Source of the DNA: a virus
Lineage: Duplodnaviria > Caudoviricetes
IMG/VR virus record: IMGVR_UViG_3300033407_000016
Coordinates: 1-57,729 of that record
Direction: 5' to 3' (one strand)
DNA length: 57,729 nt
Below the pieces are notes generated by a model. That model saw only the letters and a list, made by a program, of their open reading frames with translations. It was not told the DNA's origin and searched no databases. Below, one piece after another: positions 18,344 through 25,922 of this stretch; position 1 is the stretch's first letter, and each line of letters starts with the position of its first letter. A program made the position numbers and the translations under genes.

Positions 18344-19095
18344 CGGTATCTCCTTGCCGGCACGGCATCGCGTGCATAGGTGTCGAACAGTTCCAGGGCC
18401 TTCTGGGCATCAGCATGCTGCCAGCCGAAGGCTCCCCCAGCCTCCTCCATCAGACGACCCACAACGCTGGTCGCGGCATCACGACCATACATCGAATCAG
18501 GGTTGAGTTCAAGGCTCAGCAGCAGGCTGGTCCCCCTCACGGTGGATCGGCCAGCGTAGATATAGGGCTCTGGCTCGCTCAGCAACAGAGCGATCTCGAA
18601 CGCGAGCTGTTTGCCAATGCCCCTCACGGTAGCCAGCATGTTCGTGTTGCCTTCCAGGGATAGGCCGAGCTGATACTCGATCGCGCGAGCTTCCGCGCTC
18701 TCCATCACGGCACACACCTCACCCAGGTTCATTGGCAGGATGCCCATCGTGACGTTACAGTTGATCAGGCAGGGCGTCGAGCCCAGGGCGTCGAGCACCA
18801 AGTGGCTGTCCCATCCGTGCGCCTGTAGGATCGGCTTGATGAGATCGAGCGTCTCCGTCTTCGCGAAGAGCCAGCACGCGATCGTCGCGTAGATGCGCAG
18901 CGGTTCGGGCAGGTCGGCGATGTTCTGTTTCCACCAGCGGTACAACTTGCCGTCGGTGCGGCGGATGTTGGGGAACCAGTAGTCACGCAGGCGCGCATTG
19001 TCTGTGTGCGGTGCCGGTAGCCCGGCCTCGACTCGTTGTCGAATCTTCTCTCGTTCAATCACGAAGTTCCAGAAGTTGGTCAGCGCGGCAAGGAT
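18334..19095 (-). CDS. aGPT-Pplase1 / amino acid:DNA transferase-like protein (divergent)
   Basis: FWNFVIEREKIR..EAG.P.P.T.N..L..Y.F.NIRR.D N-terminus, GIG..LAFE HhH-like motif; possible ATC start at 19095 (GTG at 19062). Confidence 0.7.
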   Translation of the reverse strand: MLAALTNFWNFVIEREKIRQRVEAGLPAPHTDNARLRDYWFPNIRRTDGKLYRWWKQNIADLPEPLRIYATIACWLFAKTETLDLIKPILQAHGWDSHLVLDALGSTPCLINCNVTMGILPMNLGEVCAVMESAEARAIEYQLGLSLEGNTNMLATVRGIGKQLAFEIALLLSEPEPYIYAGRSTVRGTSLLLSLELNPDSMYGRDAATSVVGRLMEEAGGAFGWQHADAQKALELFDTYARDAVPARRYRWT

Positions 19096-19280
19096 GAGTC
19101 CAGCTCCTCGTCAACTTGGATGACGGAACGCACGAGCCCGAAGACTGGCATGTGGTCCTTGCAGTCTCGTGGCTCGAACTTCGCGTAGCTCTGGCGCTCG
19201 GTGAGAGGTGCGAGGTAGCGATAGCAGTCGCCCCGAGAAGGGCACTGTCTGCTCATGCACATCGTGATGTCAGGCATCAC
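19080..19280 (-). CDS. small Cys-rich phage protein
   Basis: MPDITMC...CP....CYRY...QSY motif. Confidence 0.75.
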   Translation of the reverse strand: MMPDITMCMSRQCPSRGDCYRYLAPLTERQSYAKFEPRDCKDHMPVFGLVRSVIQVDEELDSSLPR

Positions 19281-19525
19281 AGCCCCACAAACTTCGCGCG
19301 CAGCTCGGGGCTCCGTGCGTACGCCCGCTTCAGTCGACGATGGATCGGCCGCCAGCTCAGGGGGCGGTACATGACTTGATGAGTGAGCTTCTCCTTCACC
19401 ACAGGCTTGCCGTGACGATCCACGCTGTTGTATCGGACCTTCCGCTCGACGTAGCCGAGATCCAGGGGCTGTGCTGCTCTCGCCACTGCCAGCTTGCGCA
19501 GTACCTTCGACTTTCGACCGTTCAT
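19277..19525 (-). CDS. basic hypothetical protein
   Basis: MNGRKSKVLRK..., GAGGAG SD. Confidence 0.7.
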   Translation of the reverse strand: MNGRKSKVLRKLAVARAAQPLDLGYVERKVRYNSVDRHGKPVVKEKLTHQVMYRPLSWRPIHRRLKRAYARSPELRAKFVGL

Positions 19526-19539
19526 TACTCCTCCTCGAA

Positions 19540-19615
19540 TGGTGGCCCCGGTAGGGTTCGAACCTACGACCTTCTGGTTCAGAGCCAGACGCTCTTCCGG
19601 CTGAGCTACAGGGCT
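19540..19615 (-). tRNA. tRNA-Gln(CUG), Lys-like body
   Basis: Cloverleaf, anticodon loop CTCTGAA, encoded CCA, A1-C72 mismatch. Confidence 0.85.
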
Positions 19616-19617
19616 AT

Positions 19618-19695
19618 TGGATGCCTCGGTGGGACTCGAACCCACGACCTTGGGATTAGGAATCCCCTGCTCTCGTTCCACTGAGCTACGAGGCA
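19618..19695 (-). tRNA. tRNA-Arg(CCU)
   Basis: TGCCTCG/CGAGGCA acceptor, loop TTCCTAA, CCA. Confidence 0.9.
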
Positions 19696-19707
19696 GTATA
19701 ACACAAG

Positions 19708-19783
19708 TGGTAGAAGCGGAGGGACTCGAACCCTCGGTTGCCTTCTTGTAAGGAAGGTGCTGTTGCCGCTGAGCCACGCTTCT
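19708..19783 (-). tRNA. tRNA-Val(UAC)
   Basis: CCTTC-CTTACAA-GAAGG anticodon arm, CCA. Confidence 0.9.
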
Positions 19784-19788
19784 ATGAT

Positions 19789-19859
19789 TGGCAGGTGTGG
19801 AAGGAGTTGAACCCTCGCTTCTGGCTTTGGAGGCCGTCAGGCACCCTGTGCTCACACCT
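19789..19859 (-). tRNA. tRNA-Trp(CCA), reduced D-arm
   Basis: AGGTGTG/CACACCT acceptor, G73, loop CTCCAAA, 71 nt. Confidence 0.8.
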
Positions 19860-19864
19860 ACAAG

Positions 19865-19944
19865 TGGTGGCGGGGGTGGGAATCGAACCCACACTCGTGC
19901 TTGGGCATGAGCCAAGTGCAGCAGCCTGTACTGCGTGCCCCGCT
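19865..19944 (-). tRNA. tRNA-Met(CAU), initiator-like 1:72 mismatch
   Basis: CTTGG-CTCATGC-CCAAG arm; A1-C72. Confidence 0.75.
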
Positions 19945-19952
19945 ACGAATTC

Positions 19953-20027
19953 TGGAGCGCCCGCCGAGACTCGAACTCGGACCCGCTGGTTGGAAGCCAG
20001 ACATGCTGCCATTGACACCACGGGCGC
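19953..20027 (-). tRNA. tRNA-Gly(UCC)
   Basis: GCGCCCG acceptor, U73, loop CTTCCAA. Confidence 0.9.
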
Positions 20028-20034
20028 ATCCGAT

Positions 20035-20111
20035 TGGTTGGTCCGGCAGGTCTCGACCCTGCGACCTCCGGGGCTTCACTCCGGCGCTCTTACCAACTGA
20101 GCTACAGACCA
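20035..20111 (-). tRNA. tRNA-Phe(GAA)
   Basis: Cloverleaf, loop GTGAAGC, atypical T-loop GTCGAGA. Confidence 0.8.
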
Positions 20112-20118
20112 TCAAACT

Positions 20119-20194
20119 TGGTGGAGACGGTGGGAATCGAACCCACCGCAGTCTGTTTGCAAGACAAACTCGCCCCCTTGGTACATGCGTCCCC
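20119..20194 (-). tRNA. tRNA-Ala(UGC)
   Basis: G3-U70 pair, loop CTTGCAA. Confidence 0.9.
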
Positions 20195-20199
20195 ACGAT

Positions 20200-20274
20200 T
20201 GGCTGACTCGGTGGGACTCGAACCTACGCGCTGCGGCTTAACAGACCGCTGCTCTGCCACTGAGCTACGAGTCA
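20200..20274 (-). tRNA. tRNA-Asn(GUU)
   Basis: Loop CTGTTAA, G73. Confidence 0.9.
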
Positions 20275-20280
20275 TCGAAC

Positions 20281-20356
20281 TGGTTGCCCCGGTAGGCATC
20301 GAACCTACAACCTTCGGGTTAAGAGCCCGCTGCTCTGCCAATTGAGCTACGGAGCA
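20281..20356 (-). tRNA. tRNA-Lys(CUU)
   Basis: Loop CTCTTAA, A73. Confidence 0.9.
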
Positions 20357-20359
20357 ACG

Positions 20360-20392
20360 AAAAGCGGCGCGAGCCGTGAAGCCCGCGCCGCT
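20360..20392 (-). terminator. intrinsic terminator between micropeptide gene and tRNA operon
   Basis: AGCGGCGCGGGC-TTCACG-GCTCGCGCCGCT stem followed by TTT. Confidence 0.75.
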
Positions 20393-20416
20393 GTACATGT
20401 CAGCCGATTGGACTTC

Positions 20417-20521
20417 CTACTTGCGGATCCACCAGAAGATGTCCGCCTTGGCGACCGCTGGCATCACAGTCAGGGCCACGATAATGGCCGTGCACATGAA
20501 ATACCGGAAGTGTTGCCTCAT
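20417..20521 (-). CDS. 34-aa micropeptide MRQHFRYFMCTAIIVALTVMPAVAKADIFWWIRK
   Basis: Translated by hand; AAGGGAG SD, own promoter and terminator; signal-peptide architecture. Confidence 0.75.
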   Translation of the reverse strand: MRQHFRYFMCTAIIVALTVMPAVAKADIFWWIRK

Positions 20522-20563
20522 CTCGGTCTCCCTTGCTGCGAGAATACCCTAGATACAGCTTAT

Positions 20564-20592
20564 ACGATACCACAGGCATCAGGAGCTGTCAA
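20564..20592 (-). promoter_or_regulatory. sigma70-type promoter
   Basis: TTGACA-17 bp-TATCGT with TG extension. Confidence 0.8.
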
Positions 20593-20813
20593 GCTCCGTC
20601 CCTTCCCTGATCTCGGACCAGGCCGATCGCCGCCTCATTCAGAGCACGGCTCATGCCAAGCAGGTCGATCGCGTTGCAGTTCATGTAGGCTGTGATCAAT
20701 TGGCCGTCAGGGTTGATCGAGATCATCATCGCAGAGCTGGATTCACGCAGGATCGTCGCCATGCGAGCGCGCTGCTCCTCGATGTTCACGAGCCGGTCCA
20801 TACTGTCGGACAT
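20589..20813 (-). CDS. hypothetical protein
   Basis: 74-aa ORF, AGGAG SD. Confidence 0.6.
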   Translation of the reverse strand: MSDSMDRLVNIEEQRARMATILRESSSAMMISINPDGQLITAYMNCNAIDLLGMSRALNEAAIGLVRDQGRDGA

Positions 20814-20882
20814 CCGTGCTCCTAGTACATCAGGTCTGGCGCGTTGTCCTGAGCAGCACTGGGATAGAGATGATCGCGTCGA

Positions 20883-22601
20883 TCACTCGCATTGCATTCT
20901 CCCTGATTCGTGGTCGAGCGCGCACGAGGCATCGACCTCGACGAGCATCGCCATACGCTCACCGTCAGCATTGAAGACGGTGCAGCCCTTGGCGCCCCGT
21001 TCCCACGCCTCGAAGTAGATCTGCTTGAAGTCCTCCCAGGGCATGTCGCCCGTGACGTTGCAGGTCTTGGACACTGCACTATCCACCCATCTCTGGGCTG
21101 TGGTCAGCACAGCGACATGCTCCTGGGCTGTGACCTCACTGGACTTCTTGCCTAGCACACCCAGGAACTCGACCCCGTAGTCCTTCACACGCACCGTGCG
21201 CTCGACATTGTCGGGTCCGATGTATGTGCGGTCAGCTTCGTACGCGAACACCGGCTCGATGCCGCTGCTCACATTGTCCGCAGCCACACTGATCGTACCA
21301 GTCGGCGCGATCGAGAGCAAGTGGCTATTGCGGATTCCGTGTTGCTTGATGCCCTCGATGATGCCCTCGTCCTCGAACAGCTCCTGATGGCTCTGGATGA
21401 AGCCACTCTGTAGGTACTGCTTGGCGTCGAACGCAGGGAACGGCCCCTTCTCCTTGGCCAATTCGACCGACGCCCGATACGATTCAATCATCAGGGCCTC
21501 CAGGATCTCTGCCTCCATGTGGAGGAACTCTTCGCTACCGTACTCGTAGCCTAGTGCTTCGAGTGCGTTCGCGAGGCCCGTGATGCCAAGACCCATGCGC
21601 CTTTTGCTCTTCGCCTCTTTCTCTTGTTCGTAGAGCGGGTAAATGGCGCGGTCGACGACGTTGTCCATCGCACGGACAACGTGTGGAATGTCTGCCGTAA
21701 ACTGGTCCCAATCGAAGCTTCGACCAACAGATCCAACTAGGTACTTCACCAGATTGAGCGAGCCCAGCAGGCACGCCCCGTCGGGGGGCAGTGGCTGCTC
21801 CCCGCACGGATTGCATGCGGCGATCGTCTCGCAGTACCAGAGGTTGTTCATGGTGTTGATACGGTCGATGAACAGCACACCTGGCTCAGCCCAGTCCCAC
21901 GCGCTGCGCATGATCATCTCCCAGAGCGCCCGAGCGTCGATCGTCTTGTAGGTCTGCCCCTCGAACACAAGGTCGAACTGGCTGCCATGCTTGACCGCGT
22001 CCATGAACTTGTCCGTCACAGCGACCGAGATGTTGAAGCCTGTCAGTGAGCCCTTCTCACATACCTGGCACCAGTCCCGCTTCGTGTGGATGAACTCCTC
22101 GATGTCGGGATGATCCACACGCATCACGCCCATCTGGGCGCCGCGTCGATGGCCCGCGCTCGATGTCGCCTTGCCGACCGAATCGAATATCGGCATGAAG
22201 CTCACGGGTCCGCCGCTCGTGCTCTGGAGCTTGCGGATCAACGACCCCTTGGGCCTGAGTGTGCTGAAGTCGTTCCCGAGCCCGCCACCCATGCGCATTG
22301 TGATAGCGCCGCGCGCCGCGCATGCCATGATGCTGCGGTCACCGTCCGTGAACGTGTCCTCGATCTTGGCGCCCACAAAGCAGTTGTAGGGCGTGACGGC
22401 GCGCGTGCTGCCCATCGCAGCCTGAATCCGCCCGCCAGGCATGAAGCGCATGCTACCGAGAATATCTCGCAGGACGTGGTAGTGCCCGTCGTCATCCTTC
22501 AGCGCCGCAGCGACGCGGTTGATCGCTTCGCGGTAGCTCTCGTTGCTCGATCGGTACTTCGTCTCGTGGATATGCTGCGCGAACGGGGTCACTGGTCCCA
22601 T
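20883..22601 (-). CDS. nrdJ: ribonucleotide reductase class II (B12-dependent), compact
   Basis: PGGR, NCF, RRGAQM, HPDI, EPG, NPCGEQ, CLLGS, RRMGLG, APTGT; no beta-subunit gene seen. Confidence 0.92.
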   Translation of the reverse strand: MGPVTPFAQHIHETKYRSSNESYREAINRVAAALKDDDGHYHVLRDILGSMRFMPGGRIQAAMGSTRAVTPYNCFVGAKIEDTFTDGDRSIMACAARGAITMRMGGGLGNDFSTLRPKGSLIRKLQSTSGGPVSFMPIFDSVGKATSSAGHRRGAQMGVMRVDHPDIEEFIHTKRDWCQVCEKGSLTGFNISVAVTDKFMDAVKHGSQFDLVFEGQTYKTIDARALWEMIMRSAWDWAEPGVLFIDRINTMNNLWYCETIAACNPCGEQPLPPDGACLLGSLNLVKYLVGSVGRSFDWDQFTADIPHVVRAMDNVVDRAIYPLYEQEKEAKSKRRMGLGITGLANALEALGYEYGSEEFLHMEAEILEALMIESYRASVELAKEKGPFPAFDAKQYLQSGFIQSHQELFEDEGIIEGIKQHGIRNSHLLSIAPTGTISVAADNVSSGIEPVFAYEADRTYIGPDNVERTVRVKDYGVEFLGVLGKKSSEVTAQEHVAVLTTAQRWVDSAVSKTCNVTGDMPWEDFKQIYFEAWERGAKGCTVFNADGERMAMLVEVDASCALDHESGRMQCE

Positions 22602-22625
22602 GTGTGCTCCTTCGTGAGAGGATTC

Positions 22626-22654
22626 AGAATAGCACGATCAGATCGCAATGACAA
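22626..22654 (-). promoter_or_regulatory. sigma70-type promoter upstream of nrdJ
   Basis: TTGTCA-17 bp-TATTCT with TG extension. Confidence 0.65.
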
Positions 22655-23813
22655 CCCGCTTCGCGGCGCGCGTGATGGCGGTATACATCCAGCGTCGGGC
22701 GTTCGACTTGAACACGGCACTCTCGTCCATCACGAGCACACTATCCCACTGCGAGCCCTGACTCTTGTGGCAGGTCAGGGCGTAGCCGAACTCGAACTCG
22801 TTCGCGTCTCGGCGCTCGTACCACTCGGGCTCGGCGCCTTCGAACAGGGAGCGGTGGGCTTCCACGTCCATCATCTCACCACTGTCGGCCTTGACCGAGA
22901 AACAGAGTGGATCCTCAACCATGTTGTACAGTTGGTCGACTGTCCATAGTGAGCCATTCAGTAGGCCCGCCGCGTGGTTGTTGCGGATACACACCAGCCG
23001 GTCGCCCACGACAGGGAGGTGATCATTGTGACCGAGCAGCGTGCGGACGCGGGCGTTGATCTTGTGGCGCGTCCTGTTCATGCCCACGATGATCTGATCC
23101 ACACCCATTGCGATATCCTGTCTGTCCCGCAGATCCCCCTTCGGCATCACTAGGCTGTCGCCATGCTCGCCCAGCTTCACGCAGCCCCCGGTGCGGATCG
23201 TGGTAGCCAGATCGACGATCGGATCGCCCTCGGCCTGTCGGTGGATCTCTGTGAGCAGAATGTTCGGTCTGTGCTCCGTGAAGTAGCCTCCGCCACGAAC
23301 TGGCGGTAGCTGTGCGGGATCCCCCAGCACGAGCACCTTGCAGCCGTAGCTCAGCAGGTCGATGCCCATCCGCTCATCAACCATCGAGCACTCGTCGATG
23401 ATCACGAGATCAGCATCACGCAGCGGGCTCTCGGTATTGAGTGTGAAGATGGGCCGTCGTACCGCTGCGGTCTCTTCCGCGATCTTCCTCTTCAGTTCCT
23501 GCTTGGCCGGACCCTCTGACATCTCGGCGAACTCTTTCTGCATAGTCTTCAGTCGCTCAGCGGACTTGCTCGCGGGAGTGTAGATCAGGGAGTGGATCGT
23601 GGTGGCGCCAAGGCAGCCTTTCTGTCGCAACACGTACGCGGCCTTGCCCGTATACGCACCGAACCAGACGTTCTTCACGCCCGTTGAGAGGTGCCTCGCG
23701 AGCGTGGTCTTGCCCGTGCCCGCATAACCGAACAATCTGTAGATCTGCTCGTCCGACTTGAGCCAAGCAGCCACGCCGGCGAGCGCCTTCTCCTGTTGTA
23801 GTGACCATTTCAT
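22638..23813 (-). CDS. RecD/Dda-like SF1 helicase
   Basis: GYAGTGKTT, IIDECSM, GDPAQLPPV, HRQ, YALTCHKSQGS, YTAITRA. Confidence 0.93.
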   Translation of the reverse strand: MKWSLQQEKALAGVAAWLKSDEQIYRLFGYAGTGKTTLARHLSTGVKNVWFGAYTGKAAYVLRQKGCLGATTIHSLIYTPASKSAERLKTMQKEFAEMSEGPAKQELKRKIAEETAAVRRPIFTLNTESPLRDADLVIIDECSMVDERMGIDLLSYGCKVLVLGDPAQLPPVRGGGYFTEHRPNILLTEIHRQAEGDPIVDLATTIRTGGCVKLGEHGDSLVMPKGDLRDRQDIAMGVDQIIVGMNRTRHKINARVRTLLGHNDHLPVVGDRLVCIRNNHAAGLLNGSLWTVDQLYNMVEDPLCFSVKADSGEMMDVEAHRSLFEGAEPEWYERRDANEFEFGYALTCHKSQGSQWDSVLVMDESAVFKSNARRWMYTAITRAAKRVVIAI

Positions 23814-23897
23814 CGGCGATACTCGATGTGAAGAGATGGGGCGGTCCGCCCACACCAAAGCAGGACCGCCCCTGGGCTCAACCCCGGAGGGGAGCCA

Positions 23898-24428
23898 CTA
23901 CCAATGGATGTGGAAGTCTCGCTTCTTCACCTTTGCCATGCGTCCGTCTGGATGGTGCCAGACAATGCCCTCATAGAGCTTGTCCTGCGTCAACCATTCC
24001 AAGATCTCGGCATAGGTTCGTGGATCGGCGTCGAGCTTGCGTAGCCCATGCTCGATCAGCATGATACGATCGAACTGGTGTCGGTTCCCGTTGATCTTTG
24101 GCCCACACAGCTCGTACGTCTGGCCCTCCCTCATGCGTCCGGCGCGGCGCAGCCCGGTGCGGTGCCACTTGTCGCCCGGTCCGTCCGTGACCGGCATCCA
24201 GCCGGGATGGCGGAGCGTGTTGGGATCAGGCATGGGCTGTGCAGGCAGCCAGTCTGTGGGATAGTCAGTGTCATGGGCTTGGATCGTATGCCGCTTGTAC
24301 AAGCGGCCTTCCAGATACAGGCAGGCCGTCCCGTCCCACTTCACTGTGGGCACGCCCTCGCCTTCCAACACCCACTCACAGCCGGGTGTGACCGTCGTCA
24401 TCTGGAACAGTGTGGGGATCTTTCGCAT
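23898..24428 (-). CDS. RNA ligase 1-like protein (RLIG1/C12orf29/DUF5565 type)
   Basis: MRKIPTLF, KWDGT (motif I KxDG), TYELCGPKINGN, EGIVW, AKVK. Confidence 0.75.
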   Translation of the reverse strand: MRKIPTLFQMTTVTPGCEWVLEGEGVPTVKWDGTACLYLEGRLYKRHTIQAHDTDYPTDWLPAQPMPDPNTLRHPGWMPVTDGPGDKWHRTGLRRAGRMREGQTYELCGPKINGNRHQFDRIMLIEHGLRKLDADPRTYAEILEWLTQDKLYEGIVWHHPDGRMAKVKKRDFHIHW

Positions 24429-24512
24429 GGTGCTCCTATGAAGTTGGTGTGGGCCTCGCACCCACTCGGGCAGTCTTGATGACGCAGGTAGCCTAGTCTG
24501 CGACCCTTCTCG

Positions 24513-25331
24513 TTAGAACGGCATGTCGCCGTCCTCACCTTCTCCGGTCTCGATGTTCGAGTCGTGGTCAGCCTTGGCCGCACCACTCTCGATCAGCTTC
24601 TTGCACTCCGCAGCCATCAAGAACGCTGGGTCGTCGGTGGACAAGAGCCCCTTCGCGAGGTTGTCGTCGACTGGCCCTGTGAACGTGATGTTGTAGCTGT
24701 CACCGGCCGGACGACTCTCCAGCTTGGTGCCCAGCATGAGCTGGTGAGCGAACAGCGGTGGGTTGATGCGGCGGCCGTCTTCCAGCGTGTGCTGGAAGGT
24801 GTTCAGGCGCGTCATCATTTTCTTGTACGCCGTGATCTTAGTCGAGGTGAGGGCCAGCACGGCCATGCCCTGCGGCTTGCCGTCCAGCAGCACCACACCA
24901 TAGACGTAGAACGTCTCGACCAGATCGTGCCCATTGACCTCGTACTTGCCATACTTCAGGCCACGAGCTTGGGCGTCGACTTTCGCGGCCTTCACCATGG
25001 CACTGTTCGGTGCGTGCGATGCCACGAGCCCTCCACCATTTTCGCGCTTGACCCACTCCACGAACTCGTGAACACGGATCGCAGGCACGAACACAACGGA
25101 CGTGAACAGCTCTTGCGTCACGCTGTTGTAGAACATGCCCGCCTTCGCGCCCTTGATGCCGCCTTCCTTCTGCTCAGGGGAGGTGGACTGGAGCACGTTC
25201 AGGAACGGGATCGAGATGTCATCCTGAGTCAGGTTCTCGAATCCCTTGCCCGCGTAGTCACCATAGTCTCCGGCGACGAGGGCTGTAGACTTCTCTTCGA
25301 CCACGGCTGGCGCGGTCTTCTTATTCGCCAT
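24513..25331 (-). CDS. putative ssDNA-binding/annealing replication protein
   Basis: IPFLNVLQ..SP motif; acidic C-terminal DMPF tail. Confidence 0.6.
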   Translation of the reverse strand: MANKKTAPAVVEEKSTALVAGDYGDYAGKGFENLTQDDISIPFLNVLQSTSPEQKEGGIKGAKAGMFYNSVTQELFTSVVFVPAIRVHEFVEWVKRENGGGLVASHAPNSAMVKAAKVDAQARGLKYGKYEVNGHDLVETFYVYGVVLLDGKPQGMAVLALTSTKITAYKKMMTRLNTFQHTLEDGRRINPPLFAHQLMLGTKLESRPAGDSYNITFTGPVDDNLAKGLLSTDDPAFLMAAECKKLIESGAAKADHDSNIETGEGEDGDMPF

Positions 25332-25355
25332 TTTGCACTTCTCCTTGGTTATGTG

Positions 25356-25922
25356 TCAGACCGTCACGGCCGAGACACGCTGTCGATGGACTCCCAGAAG
25401 TTCCATCGGTACATCCTCTCCAGCTTCGAGCTTCTCACGCACGAACTTGGCGAGGGTGGAGGCATGGACGCTCGACTTGTCGTCGACCGGAAGCTTTCGC
25501 TCCTCAAGGGCCTTGATGGTCTCGGCAGCCTCAGCGTCCTCCCCCTTTCCGAACATGACGGTGACCTGACGCTTGATCAGGGCCTCATGTCCATTCTCTC
25601 GCAGCCACGCGAATGCGTCGGCCGCGTTGGCCTGACTTATCGAGGCACGGATGTTCTCCCTCACCCTGATTCTCAGGCCGGAGGTGGTGGTGAACTCTTC
25701 CATGCCAACGCTATCCATCAGCTCAGGGATCTTCACCTCTTGGATCTCGCGCAGCGCACGCTTGGCCGTCGCCACATTGGCCTCAGCGACTGCAAGCACA
25801 ACCTCAGCCTCGACCTGCTGAGCCGCCAGCCCTGACAGCTCGGCGAGCGCAGAGTCGTCCGTTTTCGTGAATGATGTGTAGTCTTTGTCAAGGGCGCTGC
25901 CACGCTCGTCCTTCATATCCAC
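25356..25922 (-). CDS. conserved phage replication-module protein
   Basis: IPELM..G, AFAWLRENGH.ALIK, VHASTL.KFVRE. Confidence 0.7.
   Translation of the reverse strand: MDMKDERGSALDKDYTSFTKTDDSALAELSGLAAQQVEAEVVLAVAEANVATAKRALREIQEVKIPELMDSVGMEEFTTTSGLRIRVRENIRASISQANAADAFAWLRENGHEALIKRQVTVMFGKGEDAEAAETIKALEERKLPVDDKSSVHASTLAKFVREKLEAGEDVPMELLGVHRQRVSAVTV

Noticed and set aside
19526-20398. ORF-track proteins over the tRNA operon (e.g. 19858-20196, 20102-20398, 5' part of 19277-19915)
   Set aside because: Spurious translations of tRNA genes
20417-20440. MifM/SecM-type arrest peptide (shared WIRK/WI)
   Set aside because: The motif is at the extreme C-terminus and 34 aa is too short for the signal to leave the exit tunnel; likely coincidence
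15630-22601. Inteins or introns in polA and nrdJ
   Set aside because: Both ORFs are continuous and compact, with no splice-junction or homing endonuclease motifs
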